Assembly: GCA_964651815.1 (NCBI GenBank)
Contig: CAZYWG010000001.1
Span: forward strand, 1,189 to 65,188
Length of the DNA stretch: 64,000 nt
Direction of reading: 5' to 3'
From: an uncultured Gammaproteobacteria bacterium
GTDB taxonomy: Bacteria; Patescibacteriota; Microgenomatia; Levybacterales; GWA1-39-11
The notes under the pieces are model-generated. The model had not been told where the DNA came from, ran no database searches, and was given only the letters and a program-made list of their open reading frames with translations. A program made the position numbers and the translations under genes. This document shows, piece by piece, positions 1-9,595 of this stretch (position 1 is its first letter; every line of letters starts with the position of its first letter).

Positions 1-1220
1 ATAAAGTTAACAAACTCCTCTAATTCTTTAGATTTTATTTTTTTGCCCAAAAAAAGCGAAGCTACTATATAACCAAAAGAGTGTTTTTTGGAAAATTCCA
101 GAAGATCTTCTCCTAAAACTGTTGGCCTGCCTCCATCATCGCGCGAAATACTTGTAGCAATTAACGCATGGCGCCTGTCATCCATATTTTCAATTATATC
201 TTTTTTTACGGGATTTTTCTTATTTGTCTGTTTTATATACGTGTCTGGTTTACTTATTTTAATTGCCCCCGGAGTTGCACGTATATATTCAATAAAGTCG
301 GAGAAACTCTCTGCCACTGAAACTCGTGCTGTACGAAGCGCATCCCGTTTTGCGCGTGCTGTCTCTTTTTGGCTTGATGCCATGGCTTTTGCATGACCAA
401 ATTGGGGAGAGGTAGGAAACATCTCAGCAACTGTGCCGGCTATATAACAAATAATTTTTTTAGTTAATTTTCCCGTTTGGATAAGTTCTATAACATCATA
501 TTCGTCAGTCCCTCCGAGCTCCCCAAAATAAACTATAGCCGAAGTTTCCGGATCATTTTCAGCTGCTAAAAATGCGTCGAGTGGCGTTGTTGCAGGATAT
601 CTGTCACCTCCAAAAGAAAGAGAAAAGGAAAGCCTTTTTCCAAGAGAAGTCACAATATTTATTATTTCATTTGTCATACCACCCGATGCAGAAAGAACCG
701 CAATAGAACCTTGTTCAAAAACTTTTGCCATTACAAGTTGTTTGTGATCAACCCCACCAATTGCCCCTATTTTTATTTTTGAAGGAAGAAGAAGCCCAAC
801 GCTTGCAGGACCGATTAAAAAAACATTCTTATCTTTAGCGAATTCACGGAGAGAAAGCGCGTGTTTTTCCGGAACATTTTCAGCAAAAACTACACCACCA
901 ATTAGCGCAGGTAATTTATCCATCGCCTCAATTGATGAAGTTAAAACACGTCTGCCGGAAGACAAATTCAAAAAATATGTTATTTGCGAAAGTTTATCTT
1001 CTGAAACATTTTCAAATGAAGAGTAAACAGGAATTAAAATTTCGCGTCTTCCAAAAAAATATCTTTCAAATTTACGGCCGGTTGCAATAATCCCTTTGAT
1101 ACTTGGTGTTTCTTTTCCTGAAGAGAAATCAAAATCAAGAATAGATTGAATAATTGTTGGATATGATCCTAGTGTTAAAACGTTGGTTTGTGATTTTCTG
1201 ATTTTTTGAATATCGAGCAT
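1..1220 (-). CDS. aclA: ATP-citrate lyase alpha subunit (runs off window start)
   Basis: Not in ORF track; hand-translated from ATG 1220: MLDIQKIRKSQTNVLTLGSYPTIIQSILDFDF...IGPASVG...SASGGMTNE...GGDRYP...GELGG...PQFGHAKA (phospho-His motif); starts immediately after the aclB stop. Confidence 0.88.
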   Translation of the reverse strand, partial: MLDIQKIRKSQTNVLTLGSYPTIIQSILDFDFSSGKETPSIKGIIATGRKFERYFFGRREILIPVYSSFENVSEDKLSQITYFLNLSSGRRVLTSSIEAMDKLPALIGGVVFAENVPEKHALSLREFAKDKNVFLIGPASVGLLLPSKIKIGAIGGVDHKQLVMAKVFEQGSIAVLSASGGMTNEIINIVTSLGKRLSFSLSFGGDRYPATTPLDAFLAAENDPETSAIVYFGELGGTDEYDVIELIQTGKLTKKIICYIAGTVAEMFPTSPQFGHAKAMASSQKETARAKRDALRTARVSVAESFSDFIEYIRATPGAIKISKPDTYIKQTNKKNPVKKDIIENMDDRRHALIATSISRDDGGRPTVLGEDLLEFSKKHSFGYIVASLFLGKKIKSKELEEFVNF

Positions 1221-1221
1221 A

Positions 1222-2424
1222 TTATTTATTTAGAGCTTTTGTAACAATATCTGTTAATACAAGTTCCGGACCAAATACTTCTCCGCCAATTCCATTTTCC
1301 TGCATGAATTTTTTTATCATTTTCAAACCGTCTTCCTGGTGTGGTCCGCCGCGTCTTACATAAATCTTGACGCCTTGCTCCTTCAATGTATCTTTAAATT
1401 GTTCAAGTGCACGAATCAATCCACGGAAAGTTATTCGAACATCTGTAAAGTTTGCAACCCCACCACCTATTATTAAAACCTTGTCAGCTGCATGCGAATT
1501 AACAAGTAGACTCAGTATATTTTTGGTATAAAGTAATGTTTCTTCTTCATTAGGATTTCCGGAGTATTCACCATAATTGGCGAGTTTTGGACCAAAATCA
1601 AGGTTATAAACTTCATCTGCTAATACAACGCTCGCTCCGCCGCCTGACAGTAACATAAAAATCGAGCCTTCAGGATTTAAAACTACCAATTTAAATGACG
1701 CTTGCGACTTTTCAGATAAGTTTTGAACGTTTATTTCTTCTGTTGATTTATGAGTTGGTGTCGACCCGGATGAAATCATGGGAGCTTCTCTAAAATCTCG
1801 CGAGCTCCAATTGTCAACAAAAAATTCCGCGGCGGAATCAATTTCTGCTGCAATATCAAGCATATAAGGTTTTTTAAAAGAAATGACAAGTGGATTAATT
1901 TCCAAAAAGGAAAAATAATTTATATCAAATGCTTCTATGATTTTCTCTAAAATATCTGGATTTAAATCTATTTCTATCGCAATTTTTTTAACGTCCTCTG
2001 CATCTTTTATTAATTCACTTTTTACTTCTGACGCATGGTCTTCAATATCAACCCCGCCTTTTTTTGAATATGAAATAACTGTTCCGAGACTGGTCCTTGC
2101 AAGTGCTAGATATCTTTCTTCGTCGTCCGTATGTGGAATAAACTCTTCAATAAGAAAATGGCTGTACCCTTTTTTAATCCAACCAGAAATTGCATTAATC
2201 ATTTTGTCTGCCCTGGAAACATCGAGCAATACCAAACCTTGTTTAAACCGCCTCTTTACACCCTGATCAACCTTGACAACATAGCGACTTTCAGGCCTGA
2301 TAGATTCCTCAATCTTTGCTATGGAATCTTTTTCACCATTGAAAGGAAATCCTGAGTAAGAATTTTTCAAATGATTATTAATTATTGTCTTGGCACGAAA
2401 CTCCGAAAGCTTAACTCTAGGCAT
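1222..2424 (-). CDS. aclB: ATP-citrate lyase beta subunit (ATP-grasp plus citrate-binding domain)
   Basis: KLSEFRAK, VVKVDQGVKRRFKQGLV, FLEINPL, GGGASVV, NYGEYSGNP, IGGGVANFTDV, VRRGGP. Confidence 0.9.
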   Translation of the reverse strand: MPRVKLSEFRAKTIINNHLKNSYSGFPFNGEKDSIAKIEESIRPESRYVVKVDQGVKRRFKQGLVLLDVSRADKMINAISGWIKKGYSHFLIEEFIPHTDDEERYLALARTSLGTVISYSKKGGVDIEDHASEVKSELIKDAEDVKKIAIEIDLNPDILEKIIEAFDINYFSFLEINPLVISFKKPYMLDIAAEIDSAAEFFVDNWSSRDFREAPMISSGSTPTHKSTEEINVQNLSEKSQASFKLVVLNPEGSIFMLLSGGGASVVLADEVYNLDFGPKLANYGEYSGNPNEEETLLYTKNILSLLVNSHAADKVLIIGGGVANFTDVRITFRGLIRALEQFKDTLKEQGVKIYVRRGGPHQEDGLKMIKKFMQENGIGGEVFGPELVLTDIVTKALNK

Positions 2425-2443
2425 ACGACTTCCTTAAAAATAT

Positions 2444-2491
2444 TATGGAGCCCTTAGGAGTCCCGATTTATCGGGACGACATATAGGGTTC
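2444..2491. repeat. Nested-hairpin dispersed repeat, copy A
   Basis: TATGGAGCCCTTAGGA-gtcccga ttta tcgggac-GACATATAGGG; flanks match 8098-8143. Confidence 0.6.
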
Positions 2492-2614
2492 AGTTTTTAG
2501 TATACAGCATTCAGTATTTAGTATCGAGTATTCGGAAGATTTTAAAAATTCAGCAGGAAATGTTAAATTTGTAACTTTGTTACGAGTCCTGGTTTTTATC
2601 GATACGGTGCAATC

Positions 2615-3409
2615 TTAAACCTCGATTTTGGTAAAATCCTGCGGAATTATAACTTCGCAATCTACAATATCTTTAATTGTTTTTATCATCTCGTCTTCCC
2701 GACCTTCGCAGTCAGGATACATGTGAGTCAAAACTACTTTTTTAAAGTTGCCGAGTTTTGCAAGCTTACCAACTTCAGAAGGTCCTAGATGTGACTCCGA
2801 ACGGTTATCAGGATACGAGCATTCCAAAATCGCAAGGTCTGCATTTTTCCCGAGCTCGCAAATCCGTTCATCATATCCCATGTCCCCTGAGTAAACTATC
2901 GACTTTCCCTCAAAATCGAGTCTGTAACTAACGCTACTTGCAAAATGCTTAATTGGAGAAGCCGTTACTTTCCAACCATTTTCTTCAAAAATCGAATCCT
3001 CCCCAATTTCATTTATTTTAAAAAGCTCCGGTTTTTTAATTTCATAATTTGGATCAACTAATTTTTCTATATTTAAAAGTGTTTTAAAAATTTCATTTAT
3101 CCCATTAGGCCCAATTATATTTAAAGTCGAACTATCCTTTTCATCTTTTGCAGCAACTTTTCTGGTCTGCATAAGCTGCATTAAATCAGCAAAGTGGTCT
3201 ATATGAAAGTGGGAAATAAAAACGTGGGTTGGTTTTTTAACAATATCGGTTCCTTCCTCAAGCATTTTGTGGAGTACTCCCAAACCAATGTCGAAAAGTA
3301 AAGAATTTGAACCCGCTTCTACATACCACCCGGTAAAAGACCTAAAGATTTTACCCTCAATTTTTGGTGATGGAGTAGACGATCCAGTCCCGTAAAAAGT
3401 TATCTGCAC
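2615..3409 (-). CDS. Metallo-beta-lactamase fold hydrolase, RNase Z/BN-like
   Basis: GTGSS N-terminus, SHFHIDH (HxHxDH), YSGD, ECS, LTH. Confidence 0.75.
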   Translation of the reverse strand: MQITFYGTGSSTPSPKIEGKIFRSFTGWYVEAGSNSLLFDIGLGVLHKMLEEGTDIVKKPTHVFISHFHIDHFADLMQLMQTRKVAAKDEKDSSTLNIIGPNGINEIFKTLLNIEKLVDPNYEIKKPELFKINEIGEDSIFEENGWKVTASPIKHFASSVSYRLDFEGKSIVYSGDMGYDERICELGKNADLAILECSYPDNRSESHLGPSEVGKLAKLGNFKKVVLTHMYPDCEGREDEMIKTIKDIVDCEVIIPQDFTKIEV

Positions 3410-3473
3410 AAAATATATTTTAACAGATTAGTTTGGGTTGATGTGGAGTATGAAAATGAAAAAAGGTCACGAA

Positions 3474-5621
3474 TTACTGCGCGCTAATTCTACCGGTGAA
3501 TGTGCTTTTGGCAAGCATGGCTTGCACTATGTTGTTGGGGACCTCTTCATAGTGGCTAGGTTCCATATAATAGGTAGCTCTGCCTTGAGACATGGACCTT
3601 AAGGTAGTTGCGTAGCCTGAAAGCTCCTCAAGCGGAACCATAGCCAGAATAATACGCGCATTACCTCTTTCTTCACTGCCCGAAATTTGAGCACGTTTTG
3701 CGGAAAGATCACCAATTACATCTCCCATAAATTCTTCTGGAGTTGTAACTTCAACTTTCATGATTGGCTCAAGAAGCTTCATCTCTGCCTTTTTACTTGC
3801 GGCCTGTAATGCCATAGATGCCGCAATTTTAAAAGCAATATCAGACGAATCAACATCGTGATATGATCCATCATAAACGGTTACTTTCATATCTACTACC
3901 GGGTATCCAAGAAGCATCCCTTTTTCTAAAGTTTCTTTAACACCTTTCTCAATAGACCCGATAAATTCAGAAGGAATTGCTCCACCTTTAATTGCATTAA
4001 CAAATTCAAAACCTTCACCTCTTGGCTGAGGAGTTATTCTTAGCAAACAGTGTCCATATTGTCCATGACCCCCCGTTTGCTTAATGTATTTACCTTCTCC
4101 TGTTGTTTCAATTCCAATTGTTTCTTTATACGCAACCTGCGGCGCTCCCACATTTGCACCTACATTAAATTCTCTCTTCATGCGGTCTACCATAATTTCG
4201 AGCTGAAGTTCTCCAACTCCTGAAATTATTGTCTGGTTTGTCTCATGATTTGTTTTGACACTAAATGTAGGATCTTCTTCCATAAGTCTTTTCAAAGCCA
4301 TACCCATTTTTTCCTGGTCTGATTTTGTTTTTGGTTCAATAGCTAAAGAAATGACGGGCTCGGGGAATGTTATTTTTTCAAGAACAATGGGTTTTGCCTG
4401 GTCACAAATTGTGTCTCCAGTTATAGTATCTTTAAGACCAACTACAGCAACAATTTCTCCGGCGTACGCTTCTGTGATTTCTTCTCTTTGATTTGAATGC
4501 ATAAGAAGTAGCCGACCCACACGCTCTTTTACGTCTCTTGTTGAATTATATGCGTATGACCCTGATACCAATTTTCCGGAATAAATTCTGACGAACGTGA
4601 TTTTTCCAACGTGAGTATCAATTTGGACTTTAAATGCAAAACCGGTAAATGCTTCATCAGGAACGAGCTTTCTAACTTCTTCAGCATTCGTCTTTGGATT
4701 AATTCCTTTTACTTCACCCAAATCTGCAGGGGACGGAAGATAATCAACAACAGCATCAAGTAATGGTTGAACACCTTTGTTTCTTAGCGAAGTACCTGCA
4801 TAAATTGGAACTAATTTGTAACCAACAACAGCGGCTCTTAATCCTTGCTTTAATTCTTCATTTGAAATTTCTTCATTGTTTAAATATTTTTCCAAAAGAT
4901 TGTCATTATTTTCTGCAATTTTCTCAATCATTTTATGTCTATACTCTTCAACCTGTGCTTTCATGTCCGCAGGAATTTCATCAGACACATCATATGTTGC
5001 ACCAAGTTCTTCACCGCTCCATGTAAGCGATTTCATGTTAAGTAAATCAACTACGCCTTTGAAGTCGTTTTCCGCACCAATTGGTAGAACCATAATGCAA
5101 GGGTTTGCTCCGAGCCTATCTTCGATTGATTTAACAGTCTTCAAAAAGTCAGCGCCGAGTTTGTCCATTTTGTTGATGAAACAAATTCTTGGGACATGAT
5201 ATTTGTCAGCTTGTCTCCAAACAGTCTCAGATTGCGATTGAACTCCTTCTTCCGCATCCAAAACAGTTACAGCTCCATCAAGAACTCTTAGTGAACGCTC
5301 AACCTCTGCCGTAAAATCAACGTGCCCCGGGGTATCAATTAAGTTTATGCGGTATGGGACATCTTGTCCTTCAGATCTACCCAAAGGCGAATGAGTCCAA
5401 AAGGTTGTGGTTGCAGCAGATACAATTGTTATTCCGCGTTCTCTTTCCTGATCCATCCAGTCCATGACGGTATTTCCCTCATCGATGTCACCTATTTTGT
5501 AGGATTTTCCAGTGTAATAAAGGATTCTTTCAGAAGTCGTGGTCTTACCCGCATCAATGTGCGCAATAATTCCGATATTGCGGATCTTGTCTAAAGGTAC
5601 TTGTCGTGATGTATCAGCCAT
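3474..5621 (-). CDS. fusA: Elongation factor G
   Basis: [26 protein letters not shown]; likely start ATG 5621 (MADTSR). Confidence 0.98.
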   Translation of the reverse strand: MADTSRQVPLDKIRNIGIIAHIDAGKTTTSERILYYTGKSYKIGDIDEGNTVMDWMDQERERGITIVSAATTTFWTHSPLGRSEGQDVPYRINLIDTPGHVDFTAEVERSLRVLDGAVTVLDAEEGVQSQSETVWRQADKYHVPRICFINKMDKLGADFLKTVKSIEDRLGANPCIMVLPIGAENDFKGVVDLLNMKSLTWSGEELGATYDVSDEIPADMKAQVEEYRHKMIEKIAENNDNLLEKYLNNEEISNEELKQGLRAAVVGYKLVPIYAGTSLRNKGVQPLLDAVVDYLPSPADLGEVKGINPKTNAEEVRKLVPDEAFTGFAFKVQIDTHVGKITFVRIYSGKLVSGSYAYNSTRDVKERVGRLLLMHSNQREEITEAYAGEIVAVVGLKDTITGDTICDQAKPIVLEKITFPEPVISLAIEPKTKSDQEKMGMALKRLMEEDPTFSVKTNHETNQTIISGVGELQLEIMVDRMKREFNVGANVGAPQVAYKETIGIETTGEGKYIKQTGGHGQYGHCLLRITPQPRGEGFEFVNAIKGGAIPSEFIGSIEKGVKETLEKGMLLGYPVVDMKVTVYDGSYHDVDSSDIAFKIAASMALQAASKKAEMKLLEPIMKVEVTTPEEFMGDVIGDLSAKRAQISGSEERGNARIILAMVPLEELSGYATTLRSMSQGRATYYMEPSHYEEVPNNIVQAMLAKSTFTGRISAQ

Positions 5622-5707
5622 ATTTAAAAAAATTCGTCCGACGAATCGAACGTAAATGTATTTTACCAAAAAATAGCTGAACCTGCAACGACTTTATGGA
5701 AAGTGAA

Positions 5708-6517
5708 TTAAGGATCTAGTAATTGTATGGAATCTATTATTTTATTAGCAACATTTACAATGTCGGAATTCTGATCAGTTATGTGAGAATATATCTCATA
5801 AATATTTTTTTTAGTAGCTAGGAAAAAGTATTTATCTGTAGGTGAAATTTGTGGTTCTCCATTGTTAAAGTTGGTCATAATTGCTGTTTGCCCCCATTTT
5901 GATTCCGGAGTAGTGTTGACAGGAGCAAGACCATAAGAATTCATAACCCGGGTATTAAGGAGTACTTGATTTGTATAACTACTTGGATTAGGCGCACAGA
6001 GGATTTTTATGTAGTTGTCATCATCATGTGGCACATAGGTAACATCGGCCGCATATTTTATGAGTGTTTGAGATTGAAACATTGCCTCTGTGGACTTAGC
6101 TTCCGAATATTTCCAATAACGGGTGTATTTTGGATCCAGTGTAAATCCTGTTCCGGCTGTTGGAGTTGGCTCAGAGTCTATAAATGGCTTCATCTTAGGC
6201 GGTAAAGGGAACGATACGTTACATGAAGAGCTCTTCGATGACCAGTCAGTCATATCAACTACAGGCGTTGGGCTTATAGATGCACTCAGTGAAATAATGG
6301 GGGATGGACTTGGATTACTATTATTTGTCACGGTTTTATTACCGGTCATTGAATCCGGATTTGATTTCTGTGATAGCAATTTATCCCCAATAGGTCTCAA
6401 TAAATAACCTATCAAACCTCCAAACACCAGTGCCACTATTACTACAACAACCGGAAGAACTTTTGGAGAGGAAGAAATTTTTTCCTGTGACGGGACCGGA
6501 GCTGTAGCATTATCCAT
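5708..6517 (-). CDS. Hypothetical membrane-anchored protein with Ser/Pro/Thr linker
   Basis: Single N-terminal TM helix, PSPSP/SPTP linker, C-terminal globular domain. Confidence 0.7.
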   Translation of the reverse strand: MDNATAPVPSQEKISSSPKVLPVVVVIVALVFGGLIGYLLRPIGDKLLSQKSNPDSMTGNKTVTNNSNPSPSPIISLSASISPTPVVDMTDWSSKSSSCNVSFPLPPKMKPFIDSEPTPTAGTGFTLDPKYTRYWKYSEAKSTEAMFQSQTLIKYAADVTYVPHDDDNYIKILCAPNPSSYTNQVLLNTRVMNSYGLAPVNTTPESKWGQTAIMTNFNNGEPQISPTDKYFFLATKKNIYEIYSHITDQNSDIVNVANKIIDSIQLLDP

Positions 6518-6582
6518 AGCTATAGTTTTTCACAAATTAATATATAAAGTCAACAAAATTATTTTAGTTATCCTGGAATAAT

Positions 6583-6620
6583 GTCATTTCGAGCCAGACT
6601 TTATCGGACGAAGCAATCTC
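6583..6620. repeat. REP/RPE-like palindromic element (GTCATT.CGAG...CGAAGCAATCTC family)
   Basis: Both ends match the copy at 62496-62531. Confidence 0.55.
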
Positions 6621-6641
6621 TACTATGCTATAATCGTGGCT

Positions 6642-7034
6642 ATGAGTATGGAACAAAAACAAGCGTCATTTTTTGATCTGAGTCCCGAAAATGTTCAAGC
6701 AGAAGGACAACGTCTTTTGGGTTTAATTGGGTTAGAGGAAAATCCAACCATTTTTATATCTAATTTACTTTCGAATTGGAGAGATGTTCAAATAATCGGG
6801 CAGGGATATAAAGAAGTAATAAAGGAACCACAAGAGAATGTACCTGGAACCATACTTCCTATAAATAAGGTCCTTGAAATTTACCCCTACAATGATGACC
6901 AATTAAGAAAAATTGCAAAAAAACTAGGTTCGGAAAAAGTAAAAGGAAAGTGGCAAATTAACTTAGACGATTTAGCAGAATATGCAAACGGAAATCATCG
7001 AAGAAAACCGAGACAAAAAAGATTACATGTATAA
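6642..7034 (+). CDS. Hypothetical protein, possible excisionase-like HTH at C-terminus
   Basis: Likely start ATG 6642 (7 nt after TGcTATAAT); C-terminal LPINKVLEIYPYNDDQLRKIAKK...KVKGKWQINLDDL plus basic tail; stop overlaps next start. Confidence 0.55.
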   Translation: MSMEQKQASFFDLSPENVQAEGQRLLGLIGLEENPTIFISNLLSNWRDVQIIGQGYKEVIKEPQENVPGTILPINKVLEIYPYNDDQLRKIAKKLGSEKVKGKWQINLDDLAEYANGNHRRKPRQKRLHV

Positions 7035-8097
7035 GAATAGAATTTCTAAACTTAGAGGGTCGTTTGATAAAGAAAAAATTGATGCGTTTCTAGTTTCATC
7101 AGCTTTAAATATTCATTATTTAACAGGCTATTCTAACTTTTCGAAGGACGAGCGAGAAGCTTATTTATTTATCACCGAATCGACTGCGACGCTTTTTACA
7201 GATTCGCGATACATTGAAGCAGTTGAAAAAATAATTCCATCAAATGTGAAAGCGACAATTGAAAAACCACTTAAAACTCTTGGTCAAATAGTTAAAGATT
7301 TAAAAATAAATAGGATTGGTTTTGAGACAAATTTTACAGTATACGAACTTGAGAAATTCAAAAAAGAAATTTCTTCAAAATTTGTTTTGTCTGATGATTT
7401 GGTAGAAAAACTTCGGGAAATAAAAGACGTTGATGAAATTAGGGCGCTAAAAAAAGCCGCAGCTTTAACGGATATAACTTATTCTCATGTTCTCGAGAAT
7501 ATAAGAATGAAAATTAATGTTACAGAGAAAGAATTGGCGTGGCGAATGGAAAAATTCATAAAAGAAAACGGAGGAACTCTGGCCTTTGATTCAATTGTAG
7601 CGTTTGGTGCAAATTCCTCGATTCCACATCACATAACATCCAGCAAAAAATTATCAGTCAAAGATGAATTTATATTACTAGACTTTGGTGCAAAAATCGA
7701 CGAATATTGTAGCGATATGACAAGAACTTTACTTACAAAAAGCTCGTCAACCCGCGCGAAGAAAGTTTACCAAGCGGTTCTTGATGCACAAAAAAAGGCA
7801 GCCGACTCAATAATTGTGAATAAAAAAGGTAACGCTGCAAATGCTGCAAAAATTGCAAACGCCGTTCTTGTCTCAAAGGGATTTAAACCTGTCCCTCACG
7901 GCTTAGGCCACGGGATTGGACTTGAGGTTCATGAGAAGCCGCATCTACATCCAAAATTTGATGATATTCTAGTGAATGGAATGGTTTTTTCAATAGAGCC
8001 TGGAATTTATATCCCGGGTTTTGGTGGCGTAAGAATTGAGGATGATTATTTATTAAACAATAATGAAATCAAACAGATTACGACATCCTTAAAATAA
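7027..8097 (+). CDS. Xaa-Pro aminopeptidase (M24B)
   Basis: Creatinase-like N-domain (TDSRY), DFGA..YCSDMTRT, HGLGHGIGLEVHE, EPGIY, RIEDD; likely start ATG 7027. Confidence 0.93.
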   Translation: MYKNRISKLRGSFDKEKIDAFLVSSALNIHYLTGYSNFSKDEREAYLFITESTATLFTDSRYIEAVEKIIPSNVKATIEKPLKTLGQIVKDLKINRIGFETNFTVYELEKFKKEISSKFVLSDDLVEKLREIKDVDEIRALKKAAALTDITYSHVLENIRMKINVTEKELAWRMEKFIKENGGTLAFDSIVAFGANSSIPHHITSSKKLSVKDEFILLDFGAKIDEYCSDMTRTLLTKSSSTRAKKVYQAVLDAQKKAADSIIVNKKGNAANAAKIANAVLVSKGFKPVPHGLGHGIGLEVHEKPHLHPKFDDILVNGMVFSIEPGIYIPGFGGVRIEDDYLLNNNEIKQITTSLK

Positions 8098-8143
8098 TAT
8101 GGAGTCCTTAGAAAGGCTAGCGACACTAGCCGACGTATAGGGC
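8098..8143. repeat. Nested-hairpin dispersed repeat, copy B
   Basis: TATGGAGTCCTTAGAAA-ggctag cgaca ctagcc-GACGTATAGGG; flanks match 2444-2491. Confidence 0.6.
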
Positions 8144-8216
8144 AAACTCGCCAAAATAAATTTATCATTTCAAACCTCTTGAATTTTCCGCTATATCAAG
8201 CTAAAATAAGAAACCA

Positions 8217-8849
8217 ATGAAACCGGCAGTAATCTTTGGAATAGTTGTATTTGTAGGATTTTTACTAATATATATGCTTTTCAATAAAAGTAACTCTACT
8301 GCGCCCCAAACCGCAACTAATTTTTTGACTCCAACACCTAGTCCCACAGTTGAGCTCAACACCCCAACGCCAGTCCCTACAATTCCTGAGACAGACAGAA
8401 TCTCTGGAAAAACCGCAACAATAAAAACGATAAAAGGGAATATTGATGTAGAACTTTATGCAACAGAAGCCGCTAAAACAGTCATGAATTTTTCAACACT
8501 CGCCAAACGTGGTTACTACAATAATTTAACATTTCATAGGGTTGAAGATTGGGTTATTCAGGGAGGGGATCCAAACGGAAACGGATCTGGCGGCGTTTCA
8601 ATTTATGGAGTTACATTTGAGGATGAATTGCATCCGGGCGACCCGCTTTATCAAGCAGGATACGTCCGCGGAATTTTGGCAATGGCCAATCATGGTCCAA
8701 ACTCTAATGGAAGCCAGTTTTTTATTATGAAAAAAGATACACCACTACAACCTAATTACACTATCTTTGGGAAAGTAACTAGTGGTCTGGAGGTGGTTGA
8801 TACAATTGTCCCCGGAGACAAAATTACAGGAATAGATGTACAGCAGTAA
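8217..8849 (+). CDS. Membrane-anchored cyclophilin-type peptidyl-prolyl isomerase
   Basis: TM + PT linker; FHRV, IQGGDP.G.GSGG, AMAN.GPNSNGSQFFI, YTIFGKV. Confidence 0.95.
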   Translation: MKPAVIFGIVVFVGFLLIYMLFNKSNSTAPQTATNFLTPTPSPTVELNTPTPVPTIPETDRISGKTATIKTIKGNIDVELYATEAAKTVMNFSTLAKRGYYNNLTFHRVEDWVIQGGDPNGNGSGGVSIYGVTFEDELHPGDPLYQAGYVRGILAMANHGPNSNGSQFFIMKKDTPLQPNYTIFGKVTSGLEVVDTIVPGDKITGIDVQQ

Positions 8850-8850
8850 A

Positions 8851-9525
8851 TTATTCTAATTCTTCTAGAATTAAAACCTTTGAATTTTTGACGCCTTTTT
8901 TTAATTTTTCCTCGTGCGCAGGGTAATCTTCGCCGATATTTCTTCTATAATGCATTGGGATTGTCACTTTTGCAGCAATTGCGTTGGCCGCTTCAACCAT
9001 TTCTTCAACTCCCATTGTGTAATCTCCACCCATCGGAAGCATTGCGACGTCAAGTTTTTTAGCAGCAAATGTTTTCATTTCCGGAATAAAATCCGTATCT
9101 CCAGCGTGGTAAATTTTTAGATTATTTACGAATATGATGTAACCAACCCAATTATTTGTTTTAGGATGAAAGTTAAGTTTTTCGGGAGCAACATTATATG
9201 CCGGGACTGTCTCGAACTTCAATCCTTTAATCTCATATTCCTGATTTGGTGTTACATTGAATTTTTGGGAATCGGGAATTTTAAGGGTCACAAGAGAGTC
9301 GGAAGTTGCAACAACAATTGTTTCACTTTTTAAGATGTGATCAATGTCACCTAAAGACAAGTGGTCGGGATGCGCATGGGTTATAAATATAATGTCGGCT
9401 TTCTCCGGACCGAGTTCCGGAAGTTGATATGGATCAATAAAATAAATCTTATTTCCGCTTTTTGTATCTGTTATTGAAAAGCTCGCATGACCAAACCATC
9501 TTATGTTTTCCATAGGTGTTAACAA
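8851..9525 (-). CDS. MBL-fold metallohydrolase (UlaG/UPF0173-like)
   Basis: WFGHASF, IDPY, THAHPDH, YHAGDT, IPMHY. Confidence 0.88.
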   Translation of the reverse strand: MLTPMENIRWFGHASFSITDTKSGNKIYFIDPYQLPELGPEKADIIFITHAHPDHLSLGDIDHILKSETIVVATSDSLVTLKIPDSQKFNVTPNQEYEIKGLKFETVPAYNVAPEKLNFHPKTNNWVGYIIFVNNLKIYHAGDTDFIPEMKTFAAKKLDVAMLPMGGDYTMGVEEMVEAANAIAAKVTIPMHYRRNIGEDYPAHEEKLKKGVKNSKVLILEELE

Positions 9526-9595
9526 TAATACAACTTGCGATTGTAATTCTCAACTAATTCATTTATTCTTAACATGAATCGAGATTATTCTCACC

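Noticed and set aside
88-396. 102 aa plus-strand ORF
   Set aside because: Antisense shadow of aclA, which is open on the minus strand with conserved motifs
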